Assembly (NCBI GenBank): GCA_965247455.1
Contig: CBDFHE010000016.1
Location: forward strand, 183,054-247,053
Origin: Candidatus Acidiferrales bacterium
GTDB taxonomy: Bacteria; Acidobacteriota; Terriglobia; Acidiferrales; 2-02-FULL-67-57
Length of the DNA stretch: 64,000 bases
Direction: 5' to 3'
Positions 19,440 to 30,002 of this stretch are shown in pieces (position 1 is the stretch's first letter; each line of letters starts with the position of its first letter). A program made the position numbers and the translations under genes. The notes under the pieces were generated by a model, which saw only the letters and a program-made list of their open reading frames with translations, searched no databases and was not told where the DNA came from.

Positions 19440-21272
19440 TCACGCGGTCGGGGGTTGGGTTTCCTCGTTGTAGAGGCTGTCGATGAGGGTGCGGAACTCT
19501 TCTTCAATTTTGCGGCGGCAGACTTTCTGGGTGTAGGTGAGCTGACCGTCGGCAAAGGTGAAGTCCTTTTCGAGCAGAGCAAAGCGCTTGATTCGCTCGA
19601 ACTGTGCCAGCCGGCGGTTGACCCTCTCTACCTCGCCCTCCAACAATTCCTGCACACTTGGTTGGGCGGCCAGCTCGGCCGGCGAGTTGGCGGCGACACC
19701 CCGCTGCGCGGCGTAGTGCTCCAGTTGGGTGAAGTTGGGCACGAGCAGCGCGGCGATGTACTTGCGCCGGTCGCCGATTACAACTGCGTTGGCAATGAAG
19801 GAGCTGGCTTTGAGCTGGTTCTCAATCGGTTGCGGGGCGATCATCTTGCCGCCGGCAGTTTTGATGAAGTCTTTCTTGCGGTCGGTAATTGTGAGGAACC
19901 CTTCGTCGTCCAGGAAACCTACGTCACCGGTGTGGAACCAGCCGCCCCGCAGCACCTCGCTGGTTTCCTCTTCCAGCTTGTAGTAGCCCCGCATGATGTT
20001 CGGCCCGCGGGTCAAGATTTCGCCGTCCTCGGCGATCTTCACCTCTACGCCTGGAATTGGTTTTCCCACTGTGCCCAGCTTGGTGGCGCCGGACACGTTC
20101 ACTGCGATTACGGGCGAGGTTTCAGTCAGACCGTAGCCTTCATAAATCGTCAGGCCCATAGCATGGAAAAACTGGTTGAGCGGCTTCGAGAGCGGTGCGC
20201 CGCCGGAGATAAAGAAACGGAAACGTCCCCCCAATTGCCGCCGTAGTTTGCGGTAGATGAGGCGCTCGGCCAAGCGGTATTGCAGTCCGAGCCAGCCGGG
20301 CGGCGTCCGGCCCTGCAAGCGATGCGGCAGCGCCCGCCGGCCGACCTCAAGCGCCCAGTGGAAGAGCTTCTGCCGGAGCGGCGAAGCCTGGCGCACGGTG
20401 CCCATTACGCGCTGGTAGAGCTTCTCAAAGAAGCGCGGCACCACCGCCATCACCGTGGGCCGCAGCTCGCGCAGGTTGTCAGCCACTTTCTCAAAACTCT
20501 CCGCATAGGCGATAGGTGCTCCGCTGGCAAAATAGCCGTAGCAGTTCGTGCGCTCGTAGATGTGGCAGAGGGGCAGCACGGACATAATCAAGTCAGCCTG
20601 CGCGTATCCCAGCCGGCCCATGCAGCCTTTGACGTTGGAGGCCAGGTTGTCATGCGTGAGCAGCACGCCTTTCGGTTTTCCGGTGGTTCCCGAGGTGTAG
20701 ATCAGCGTCGCGATGTCGTCGGGTTTCGCTTGCAGAGCACGGCGGGTGAATTCCTCCATCCGTTCGTGTGGAGCATCTTCCCGCGCGGCCACCTGCCACG
20801 ACACCACGCGCGAATCGGCTTGCGCCCCTACGCTGTCCAGGGGCTGGAACGGGATCACTTTTTTGAGCGCCGGCAGTTGGCTCCACACCTCGCGCACTTT
20901 GGCGAACTGCTCCGCGCCCGAGACGAAGCAGAGACGCGACTCGGAATCCGCCAGGATGTAATGCAGCCGCTCCGGCGACTCAGCAAAATAGAGCGGAACG
21001 TTGACGGCCCCCACGCCCAGGATGGCCAGGTCGGCCATGTGCCACTCGGGGCAGTTCTCGCTGAAGACCGCCACCCGGTCGCCTTTCTGGATTCCGCACT
21101 CTCGCAGAAAGCGCGCCACGGCCGCCACTCGCCGCAGGTAGATGTCAGTGGAGATTGTTTTCCATTCGCCCTCGACCTTGTGCCAGAGCAGGTCGGGCCG
21201 ACTCTGCTTGCAGAGCGTATCGAGGAGGAGTTGGGTCAAGCTGGTGCCTTGCATGGTTGGTTGCGATATCAC
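19440..21272 (-). CDS. long-chain fatty acid--CoA ligase
   Basis: YTSGTTGKPKG, YGLTET, TGD, DRKKD. Confidence 0.9.
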   Translation of the reverse strand: MISQPTMQGTSLTQLLLDTLCKQSRPDLLWHKVEGEWKTISTDIYLRRVAAVARFLRECGIQKGDRVAVFSENCPEWHMADLAILGVGAVNVPLYFAESPERLHYILADSESRLCFVSGAEQFAKVREVWSQLPALKKVIPFQPLDSVGAQADSRVVSWQVAAREDAPHERMEEFTRRALQAKPDDIATLIYTSGTTGKPKGVLLTHDNLASNVKGCMGRLGYAQADLIMSVLPLCHIYERTNCYGYFASGAPIAYAESFEKVADNLRELRPTVMAVVPRFFEKLYQRVMGTVRQASPLRQKLFHWALEVGRRALPHRLQGRTPPGWLGLQYRLAERLIYRKLRRQLGGRFRFFISGGAPLSKPLNQFFHAMGLTIYEGYGLTETSPVIAVNVSGATKLGTVGKPIPGVEVKIAEDGEILTRGPNIMRGYYKLEEETSEVLRGGWFHTGDVGFLDDEGFLTITDRKKDFIKTAGGKMIAPQPIENQLKASSFIANAVVIGDRRKYIAALLVPNFTQLEHYAAQRGVAANSPAELAAQPSVQELLEGEVERVNRRLAQFERIKRFALLEKDFTFADGQLTYTQKVCRRKIEEEFRTLIDSLYNEETQPPTA

Positions 21273-21317
21273 TTCAGCGCAACTTTTTAGCTCTGGCGAA
21301 ATGTACAGTCCTTGCTA

Positions 21318-22466
21318 GTGCACTGTCCCGGAAATATATGAGCAAAGTCGTTCGACCTTAGCGAGGATGGATTCGGCCGTGGCGGTCCCGACGAAAGGAC
21401 TGGTGTTGGCGTTGTAATGTTCGACGAAGCGCTCGATGTTACGGACGAGAGCCTTGACGCTGGAGAAGGAACCTCGGCGAATGGCCTTCTGGGTAATGAT
21501 GCCGAACCAGCGTTCGACTTGGTTGAGCCAGGACGCATAGGTTGGGGTGAAATGAACGTGGTAGCGGGGACGCCGAGCGAGCCAAGCGCGGACTTTGGGA
21601 TGTTTGTGAGTAGCGTAGTTATCGACGATGAGATGGACGTCGAGGTTGTGCGGCACACTGCCGTCGATCTGACGCAGGAAAGTGAGGAACTCCTGATGAC
21701 GGTGTCGCGGTTTACAGCGGGTGATGACTCTCCCGGTGGCCACATCGAGAGCCGCGAACAGAGTGGTCGTGCCGTGACGTTTGTAATCATGGGTGACGCC
21801 TTCGACGTAGCCGAGGCCCATGGGGAGAACGGGCTGAGTTCGCTGAAGAGCTTGAACCTGGGTCTTCTCATCGACCGAGAGCACCACGGCGTGGTCCGGG
21901 GGATTGAGGTAGAGACCGACGATGTCGCGGACTTTCTCGACGAAGAACGGGTCGTTGGAAATCTTGAAATGCCGCTGGCGATGCGGCTGGACGCCGAACA
22001 GATCGAACCACCGCTGGACCGTGCTCTTTGAGACTCCCGTGTGTTCCGCCATGGAACGCACGCTCCAGTGCGAACGATCGGGAGGTTCGGTTTGCAGGGC
22101 CGTGTTGATGACTTCCGCAACACGTTCATCCTCATGCGTGCGGGGGCGTCCGGGACGCAGTTCATCGTGTAGTCCGGGGATTCCATGTTCACGATAGCGC
22201 TTTCGCCACTTGCCCACGGTCGTATTGGTGACACCCAGACGCCGGGCCACGGTAGAGCCGGGAACGCCTTCGGCGCAGGCCAGCACAATCTGGGCCCTCA
22301 GCACCAGACTATGCGGCAAGGTTCGGGAGCGGGCGAGGCTCCCCAGTTCCGATTCCTCACTCTCACTGAGAGTGAGGGGAGTAACGGGGCGACCGCGTGG
22401 CATGGGCATACCTCCAGAGGCCAAAGGTTGCCCATTAATATATCGCTTATTTCCGGGACAGTACAC
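21318..22466 (-). mobile_element. IS630-family element, copy 1
   Basis: IR GTG(C/T)ACTGTCCCGGAAATA; TA duplication at a CTAG site; DEK, DNY and WLNQVERWF transposase motifs. Confidence 0.92.
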
Positions 22467-22560
22467 TAGCTCCGCCCTGCACAGAACTTCCCCCAGGATG
22501 ATACCGATTGAACGGCCCCGACGATTTACGGTCCTTTGCACAGAGTGAGTAAGGACACCC

Positions 22561-23490
22561 CTAGGGCATGCGATTTCCCGAGGTAAGGGCAATGCCAGAA
22601 AGCCTTGTTAGGCTCGAAGCGTTCTGGGCATATTTGTGAATATTTTGCAAAGATATAGGGCATGCACCTATGTAGGATTCACATGGGTAGCCGTTTATGC
22701 CGCTAGATTGCTCATGCATCTCCATAAGAATGCGGGAGAACTCTCCAATGTCAAGAGATTCAATCTTGTGTGCTTTTCCTGTGTTCACAAGCACACAGCA
22801 ATTCGACAGTCTAAAGTCAGGTATTGTGAGGGACAAAAACCCCCGATCTCTTAGTAAACAATACGTCTGGTCAAAGTCTGTCCATCTTATCTCCAGACCG
22901 CCGAAGTGGCTGTCTTGCAAGGCTCTTACCGTCTTGTTAAATCGTGCCACCATCTTAGTTGATATTTCTCTTACGTTCGGGTAAACAAGTTTGACCGACT
23001 GTACGCCGAAGTCGGCGAGATACTCGACTAAGCCTAACACTTCCTCTTCGTTCTCTGGTAGGAATAGAATAGTAATAGTGACGTTGATCCGATGATCCAG
23101 CAATCTTCCTATGTTACGCATAGTACTACTCGGGCATGTTCGGGTTCCAAAGATCTTATTGTGGTTCTGCAGTGAGTGCAAACTAACCGTCACTTTGCTA
23201 GGCCTATTTGTGACAAGATGCTCCAGATGCCTCTCGAGGTCTAAGCCATTCGTTAGCAAAGTGTAATCCATCCCCTTTGCCGTTATGATGTCAATAACCT
23301 CGATTATGTTGTCGAATATGAGGGGTTCACCTCCCGTTAGCCTGATCTGCCGGAACCCAGCTGAACGCGCTAGCCCTGCAAATTGCTCCAGCGTCCTTAT
23401 GGTACTCGGCGGGACGCGAGCTCTTTGTGAGAAGCTTGGTTCTACGTAGCAGAAGTAGCACTTAGCGTTACATACATTTGGCAAAAACAA
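22561..23490 (-). CDS. radical SAM protein with Cys-rich C-terminus (start uncertain)
   Basis: CNAKCYFC (CX3CX2C), LTGGEP, LTNG; C-terminal C...CC...C...C; AT-rich. Confidence 0.85.
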   Translation of the reverse strand: MFLPNVCNAKCYFCYVEPSFSQRARVPPSTIRTLEQFAGLARSAGFRQIRLTGGEPLIFDNIIEVIDIITAKGMDYTLLTNGLDLERHLEHLVTNRPSKVTVSLHSLQNHNKIFGTRTCPSSTMRNIGRLLDHRINVTITILFLPENEEEVLGLVEYLADFGVQSVKLVYPNVREISTKMVARFNKTVRALQDSHFGGLEIRWTDFDQTYCLLRDRGFLSLTIPDFRLSNCCVLVNTGKAHKIESLDIGEFSRILMEMHEQSSGINGYPCESYIGACPISLQNIHKYAQNASSLTRLSGIALTSGNRMP

Positions 23491-23816
23491 AAATAGAACC
23501 CCCCGTAGTAATTGTTAACCACATATTCAAGGCTTTCATTGGGGAAATGATTGGGTCTCTTACTGCTCCTGCAACTTATCGATTAGGAATAGTGCTGCAT
23601 AACCTGTTTTTGTCAATCCACTTACACTTTCTAGCTTTGTGTGGTGGTTAGTTTTCTGCTGCCGGAATATTTCACGCCCCTTTCTAGAAGTATCTCCTAG
23701 TTCTTCTGTCTTTGTGTAATTTCCTTCCAGTATCGTTCGGGTGATTCGCACGCATTTCCTAATTTCTCTATCAGTCTTGTCTGACAATTTCAAAATCAAA
23801 TCTGGAATGCTATCAA

Positions 23817-25486
23817 CCGGGATTTCCGTTTTGCCTGCCCCTGATGGCACGTTTATACACCCGATCGCCGCCGATCGCACAAAAACTTCGATCGTCGCAC
23901 AATCGCTCAGCTTCAAAGGCCTTCATCTGAGCCCGCGCCGACGTGCGACCGACTGGAACCCCTGCTTTTCGGGCATTTCTCAGACACCGCTCCACACGTG
24001 TGCCCCGTGTCATCGCCGGGCGGGCTTCGTTGCACTTCAGGCCGCGCGTCAGCCTGCCGGCACGGGTAGCGCCCAGATCCTCCGCAGCATGTCGCCGAAC
24101 AGCCGCCGCGTGAGATGCCCTTCCGCCAGCAGAAGCCAGTAGTACCGCGCATGCTTCACCAGCCGGCCCCCAGTTTTCACCAGTCGCTGCTGGAGACTCG
24201 TGAGCGACCAGCGCTTGACCCGCAGCGGAAGGACCAGTCTGCGCCACAAGTTGCCCAGATTGTAGGCCAGGACGCTCAGTTGCAGGCGCACCTCGTTCGC
24301 CCGGAAACGATGGCACGACAGCCGCGTCCAGTGGGTGGCCTGCTTGCCTTCCTTGATCCATTGCTCCGCCGTACCGCGCTTGTTGTAAAACCGCACGACC
24401 GAGCGGCTCGGGAGGGCCATGTTGGTCACGATGAAGCCGACGCGAGGGAACAGCTCACCTTGGTGGTGCTCCACCTTGGCGACGATCCGTCTGGGCGTGG
24501 TCCAGCTCTTGGCCTGATAGCGGAAACTCTGGTAGCGCACCAAGGGCTTGCAGCTCGGCCGTCCCGGCGGACGAAAGAGGATGTCTTCGATTTCCAGCTC
24601 CAAGCTCTTGTTCGCCGGCATGCGAATGGCATAGTCCACGTCGCGCTGCTCGAGCGCGTCGTAGATCTCGGGCTTCGCGAACGCGGCGTCTGCGCGGAAC
24701 GCTACGCGCTTGCCCTCCACCTGCTGCCGGTCAATCTCCGGTACGAGCAGGTCGTCCCAGTCGTCGGCGCTATGCACGTTGCCTGGCCGCAGCGTGGCGG
24801 CGAGGCAGTCCCCATGCTCGGTGAACAGAAACAGCGGGTGGTAGCAGACGGACTCGAAGTGCCCGTTATAGGCGCTCCCTTCCTGCGCCCCATGCACCGG
24901 GCTCTCGCTCGAATCCATGTCGAGCACGATCCGGTCGGCGCGCGTCGCCATCTCGGCCTGTGCAAGCACCTCCCGGTTCACGGCCCTCAACCCGACGAGA
25001 TTCTCCTCGTGGGTCAGCAGCTCTGTCTCGAACCAATGCAGCGTCGATGTCAGCGCCGCACCCCGGTCCCAGCGCTTTGGCGACCCGATGAGACGAAATG
25101 TTGGGTCTGCCGACACGCGCCCCGCGTCGTTGAGATCTTCGTAGCCCGCGAGGCGACTGTAGACCGACTGCCGCAGGAGATCCACCACGCTGAACTGGGT
25201 GTTCATCCCCTGTCGGGAATCGCTCAGGTGCTCGGCGATGAGTGTCTCCAGCCCCAGACGTTCATCCAACTCGCGCACCAGAATGAGGCCAGCGTCAGAA
25301 GTGACGCGCGATCCCTGGAACGCGACTTTCAAGAAGCCGTTGAACGCGAACTGGAATGGCTCGTGTTGTAATTCACCCACCGGGTGTCACCCTCCGTAGT
25401 GTGGTTCCTTACGTCGGAGCCCCAAAACTCAAGGCGCAGCGACTGGTCCTGGCGATACGGTACCACAGCCAAATCGGAAATCCGGG
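23817..25486 (-). mobile_element. IS1380-family element, copy 2 (transposase 24049..25380)
   Basis: 1670 bp; TSD ATCAA; TSDAG, LDMDS, RADAAF and YNKRGTAEQWIKEGK motifs. Confidence 0.95.
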
Positions 25487-26118
25487 ATCAAACGCATTCA
25501 AGGCTTTGGGTCCGAACGTTGGAATAGGCTCGGCCTTGGATGTGAATATTGTCCTTCCCATGATCGGCGTAAGGTCCATCCCTTCATTCTGTGCTGATAT
25601 GCGGTAGAAGAGTCCTAATTTGTCTACCTCCGTTTCCCATATTATGAAACCCAGGTTTACACTGCTGCCATCTATTATTTTTTGCTTCTTCAGGTAGTCT
25701 GATATCAGCCACCCCCGAACCAAGTGTACGAAAGTGCTCAAGAGCCGGATATCCTTTGGGTGGTATTTATTAAAGTCGCCAAAGCCTCTGATTGATAGGT
25801 TTAAGTTATTTCTTGCGATAGCTAGGAACTCCTCGCTTCCAATGAACTTTATGCTTTGTAGGAAGTCAGTTGAAAGCAAATGCTGAGCCGGGGGAGCTAC
25901 ACCAAAGAGATCAACAACGCTAATCTGGTTCTTATGTTTGCTGAATATCGAGAAAACCCTTTCGGTGAACTCGTGAAGATCCCTTGTTTCTTGTGAAGGC
26001 GCAGTTAAGTCCTTCGAAGGGAACACCAAAATCTTTTCTGTACGACCACTAGCCACAAGGCTGTGGAGGAACTCCAGGTATAGTAGGCCAACCAAGGGTA
26101 TTTTTGGCCTTAACCCTA

Positions 26119-27267
26119 GTGTACTGTCCCGGAAATAAGCGATATATTAATGGGCAACCTTTGGCCTCTGGAGGTATGCCCATGCCACGCGGTCGCCCCG
26201 TTACTCCCCTCACTCTCAGTGAGAGTGAGGAATCGGAACTGGGGCGCCTCGCCCGCTCCCGAACCTTGCCGCATAGTCTGGTGCTGAGGGCCCAGATTGT
26301 GCTGGCCTGCGCCGAAGGCGTTCCCGGCTCTACCGTGGCCCGGCGTCTGGGTGTCACCAATACGACCGTGGGCAAGTGGCGAAAGCGCTATCGTGAACAT
26401 GGAATCCCCGGACTACACGATGAACTGCGTCCCGGACGCCCCCGCACGCATGAGGATGAACGTGTTGCGGAAGTCATCAACACGGCCCTGCAAACCGAAC
26501 CTCCCGATCGTTCGCACTGGAGCGTGCGTTCCATGGCGGAACACACGGGAGTCTCAAAGAGCACGGTCCAGCGGTGGTTCGATCTGTTCGGCGTCCAGCC
26601 GCATCGCCAGCGGCATTTCAAGATTTCCAACGACCCGTTCTTCGTCGAGAAAGTCCGCGACATCGTCGGTCTCTACCTCAATCCCCCGGACCACGCCGTG
26701 GTGCTCTCGGTCGATGAGAAGACCCAGGTTCAAGCTCTTCAGCGAACTCAGCCCGTTCTCCCCATGGGCCTCGGCTACGTCGAAGGCGTCACCCATGATT
26801 ACAAACGTCACGGCACGACCACTCTGTTCGCGGCTCTCGATGTGGCCACCGGGAGAGTCATCACCCGCTGTAAACCGCGACACCGTCATCAGGAGTTCCT
26901 CACTTTCCTGCGTCAGATCGACGGCAGTGTGCCGCACAACCTCGACGTCCATCTCATCGTCGATAACTACGCTACTCACAAACATCCCAAAGTCCGCGCT
27001 TGGCTCGCTCGGCGTCCCCGCTACCACGTTCATTTCACCCCAACCTATGCGTCCTGGCTCAACCAAGTCGAACGCTGGTTCGGCATCATTACCCAGAAGG
27101 CCATTCGCCGAGGTTCCTTCTCCAGCGTCAAGGCTCTCGTCCGTAACATCGAGCGCTTCGTCGAACATTACAACGCCAACACCAGTCCTTTCGTCGGGAC
27201 CGCCACGGCCGAATCCATCCTCGCTAAGGTCGAACGACTTTGCTCATATATTTCCGGGACAGTACAC
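26119..27267 (+). mobile_element. IS630-family element, copy 2
   Basis: 1149 bp; TA duplication at CTAG; near-identical to copy 1. Confidence 0.93.
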
Positions 27268-27415
27268 TAGCTCGTAGATAACATAGTCCATTTTATGTTG
27301 GCCTACTACGTCGAAATAGTCAGTGAAACTAGTCTTGGTTGTAAATAATCCTCTTGTGGCGGACCAAGCTTTCTTTAGGCCTCGAGGAGAGAATTCAAAT
27401 TCAATCGTAATCACA

Positions 27416-29861
27416 TCATAGATTGTAATTTTCATCTTTAGAGCACTGCTCGATTTCTCGCATGTAGGTATGATACTTATTCACATATTCATGCCTGAAT
27501 CTTCCAAAATATTTCTGAGCAAACCAAAGCATAGATCCAAAGTAAACCGTTCTGCTGCCAGCCAGATCTAGGAAGAAGCTAAACAGTTTGTCACGGCTTC
27601 GGCAGAATTCTTTCACGTCTCTATCAAATAACCTGCTCTTTCTGTTATCCCCTTTCAGGATCACTTTGTTTCTCTCTATTCGTGCCCGGACTTTTCCAGT
27701 GTGAAATTGTTCCACCACCGAAACCATTCTGTTTCCCTCTAGAAACTCGTATACCGTTTGGATGAATACCGAATTGCAAAAAGTGTTGTCATTCAAACAA
27801 GGAGAGTAGTCCCTTAGGCAGCTTGTTCCCAGAAGCGAGCTATTTCCGAGTTGGTATTCTGCCAACCTGAAGGCGTCATATCGTCCGAGGAGCTTCATTT
27901 CTCTACGATTGAAAAGCTTGAAACCGGGATTTCCGTTTTGCCTGCCCCTGATGGCACGTTTATACACCCGATCGCCGCCGATCGCACAAAAACTTCGATC
28001 GTCGCACAATCGCTCAGCTTCAAAGGCCTTCATCTGAGCCCGCGCCGACGTGCGACCGACTGGAACCCCTGCTTTTCGGGCATTTCTCAGACACCGCTCC
28101 ACACGTGTGCCCCGTGTCATCGCCGGGCGGGCTTCGTTGCACTTCAGGCCGCGCGTCAGCCTGCCGGCACGGGTAGCGCCCAGATCCTCCGCAGCATGTC
28201 GCCGAACAGCCGCCGCGTGAGATGCCCTTCCGCCAGCAGAAGCCAGTAGTACCGCGCATGCTTCACCAGCCGGCCCCCAGTTTTCACCAGTCGCTGCTGG
28301 AGACTCGTGAGCGACCAGCGCTTGACCCGCAGCGGAAGGACCAGTCTGCGCCACAAGTTGCCCAGATTGTAGGCCAGGACGCTCAGTTGCAGGCGCACCT
28401 CGTTCGCCCGGAAACGATGGCACGACAGCCGCGTCCAGTGGGTGGCCTGCTTGCCTTCCTTGATCCATTGCTCCGCCGTACCGCGCTTGTTGTAAAACCG
28501 CACGACCGAGCGGCTCGGGAGGGCCATGTTGGTCACGATGAAGCCGACGCGAGGGAACAGCTCACCTTGGTGGTGCTCCACCTTGGCGACGATCCGTCTG
28601 GGCGTGGTCCAGCTCTTGGCCTGATAGCGGAAACTCTGGTAGCGCACCAAGGGCTTGCAGCTCGGCCGTCCCGGCGGACGAAAGAGGATGTCTTCGATTT
28701 CCAGCTCCAAGCTCTTGTTCGCCGGCATGCGAATGGCATAGTCCACGTCGCGCTGCTCGAGCGCGTCGTAGATCTCGGGCTTCGCGAACGCGGCGTCTGC
28801 GCGGAACGCTACGCGCTTGCCCTCCACCTGCTGCCGGTCAATCTCCGGTACGAGCAGGTCGTCCCAGTCGTCGGCGCTATGCACGTTGCCTGGCCGCAGC
28901 GTGGCGGCGAGGCAGTCCCCATGCTCGGTGAACAGAAACAGCGGGTGGTAGCAGACGGACTCGAAGTGCCCGTTATAGGCGCTCCCTTCCTGCGCCCCAT
29001 GCACCGGGCTCTCGCTCGAATCCATGTCGAGCACGATCCGGTCGGCGCGCGTCGCCATCTCGGCCTGTGCAAGCACCTCCCGGTTCACGGCCCTCAACCC
29101 GACGAGATTCTCCTCGTGGGTCAGCAGCTCTGTCTCGAACCAATGCAGCGTCGATGTCAGCGCCGCACCCCGGTCCCAGCGCTTTGGCGACCCGATGAGA
29201 CGAAATGTTGGGTCTGCCGACACGCGCCCCGCGTCGTTGAGATCTTCGTAGCCCGCGAGGCGACTGTAGACCGACTGCCGCAGGAGATCCACCACGCTGA
29301 ACTGGGTGTTCATCCCCTGTCGGGAATCGCTCAGGTGCTCGGCGATGAGTGTCTCCAGCCCCAGACGTTCATCCAACTCGCGCACCAGAATGAGGCCAGC
29401 GTCAGAAGTGACGCGCGATCCCTGGAACGCGACTTTCAGGAAGCCGTTGAACGCGAACTGGAATGGCTCGTGTTGTAATTCACCCACCGGGTGTCACCCT
29501 CCGTAGTGTGGTTCCTTACGTCGGAGCCCCAAAACTCAAGGCGCAGCGACTGGTCCTGGCGATACGGTACCACAGCCAAATCGGAAATCCGGGTGAAATG
29601 GTACGAATTGATGCCCAAATCCTGATGCAAGTGCCTTTCTATTTTCAGTCTCATTTCCCTAAGTGTTCGGAGAGAGAGGTTGTTTCCTATTAGGATTACG
29701 GAGTCGATGTCCTTCGCAGAATTTTGTTCGCATTCTCGTCGGCCACTTCCGACTAATAAAATATCGATTAGGTGAAGATTTAAAGAGCACAAATAGTCGA
29801 AGACATTTCCGGAAACCCCTCTCCAGAACTCCCGCCGATTGGAGATCGTGTTTTCGCTCAA
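27416..29861 (-). pseudogene. 256-aa Pol-beta-superfamily nucleotidyltransferase-domain ORF split by IS1380
   Basis: ILLVGSG...KDIDSVILI (GS...DxD); frame restored at GINSYHF|KLFNRR. Confidence 0.72.
27924..29593 (-). mobile_element. IS1380-family element, copy 3 (transposase 28156..29487)
   Basis: 1670 bp; TSD TGAAA. Confidence 0.95.
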
Positions 29862-30002
29862 CTGGTGCAGCCGCCGGTTAGGGATCGGGCTCTCTTATTC
29901 GAAACATTGAAGGAAGTCTACAGTAATCTCAGTCTTGTTGACAAGCCCCTGCTCTACCCATCGCAGAGAGGCTGCGCTAAGATTGGCGGCGCAAGGTGCG
30001 CT

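Larger units (their letters stand above)
23560..27435 (-). pseudogene. 349-aa ORF with putative class Ic aaRS-like fold, split by IS630 and IS1380
   Basis: Removing each IS plus one TSD copy restores the frame (YVIYEL|GLRPK and LNAFD|SIPDL). Confidence 0.75.

Noticed and set aside
19388-19440. TPP riboswitch or thiS upstream of thiG
   Set aside because: The gap is only about 50 bp, with no CTGAGA aptamer and no ORF
22561-23490. Prokaryotic viperin or MoaA call for the radical SAM
   Set aside because: Only generic radical SAM motifs are recognisable; subfamily assignment needs an HMM search
21318-27267. Inverted IS630 pair as a composite transposon carrying the radical SAM gene
   Set aside because: Each copy has its own TA duplication, and removing copy 2 restores a continuous ORF, so they are independent insertions
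27416-28468. 350-aa ORF and other IS-host chimeric ORFs (23560-23916, 25409-26095, 29436-29861, 34616-35356)
   Set aside because: Junction artefacts of IS ends fused to fragments of the disrupted genes
23817-29593. Direct IS1380 pair as a composite transposon
   Set aside because: Each copy has its own distinct matched TSD (ATCAA, TGAAA)
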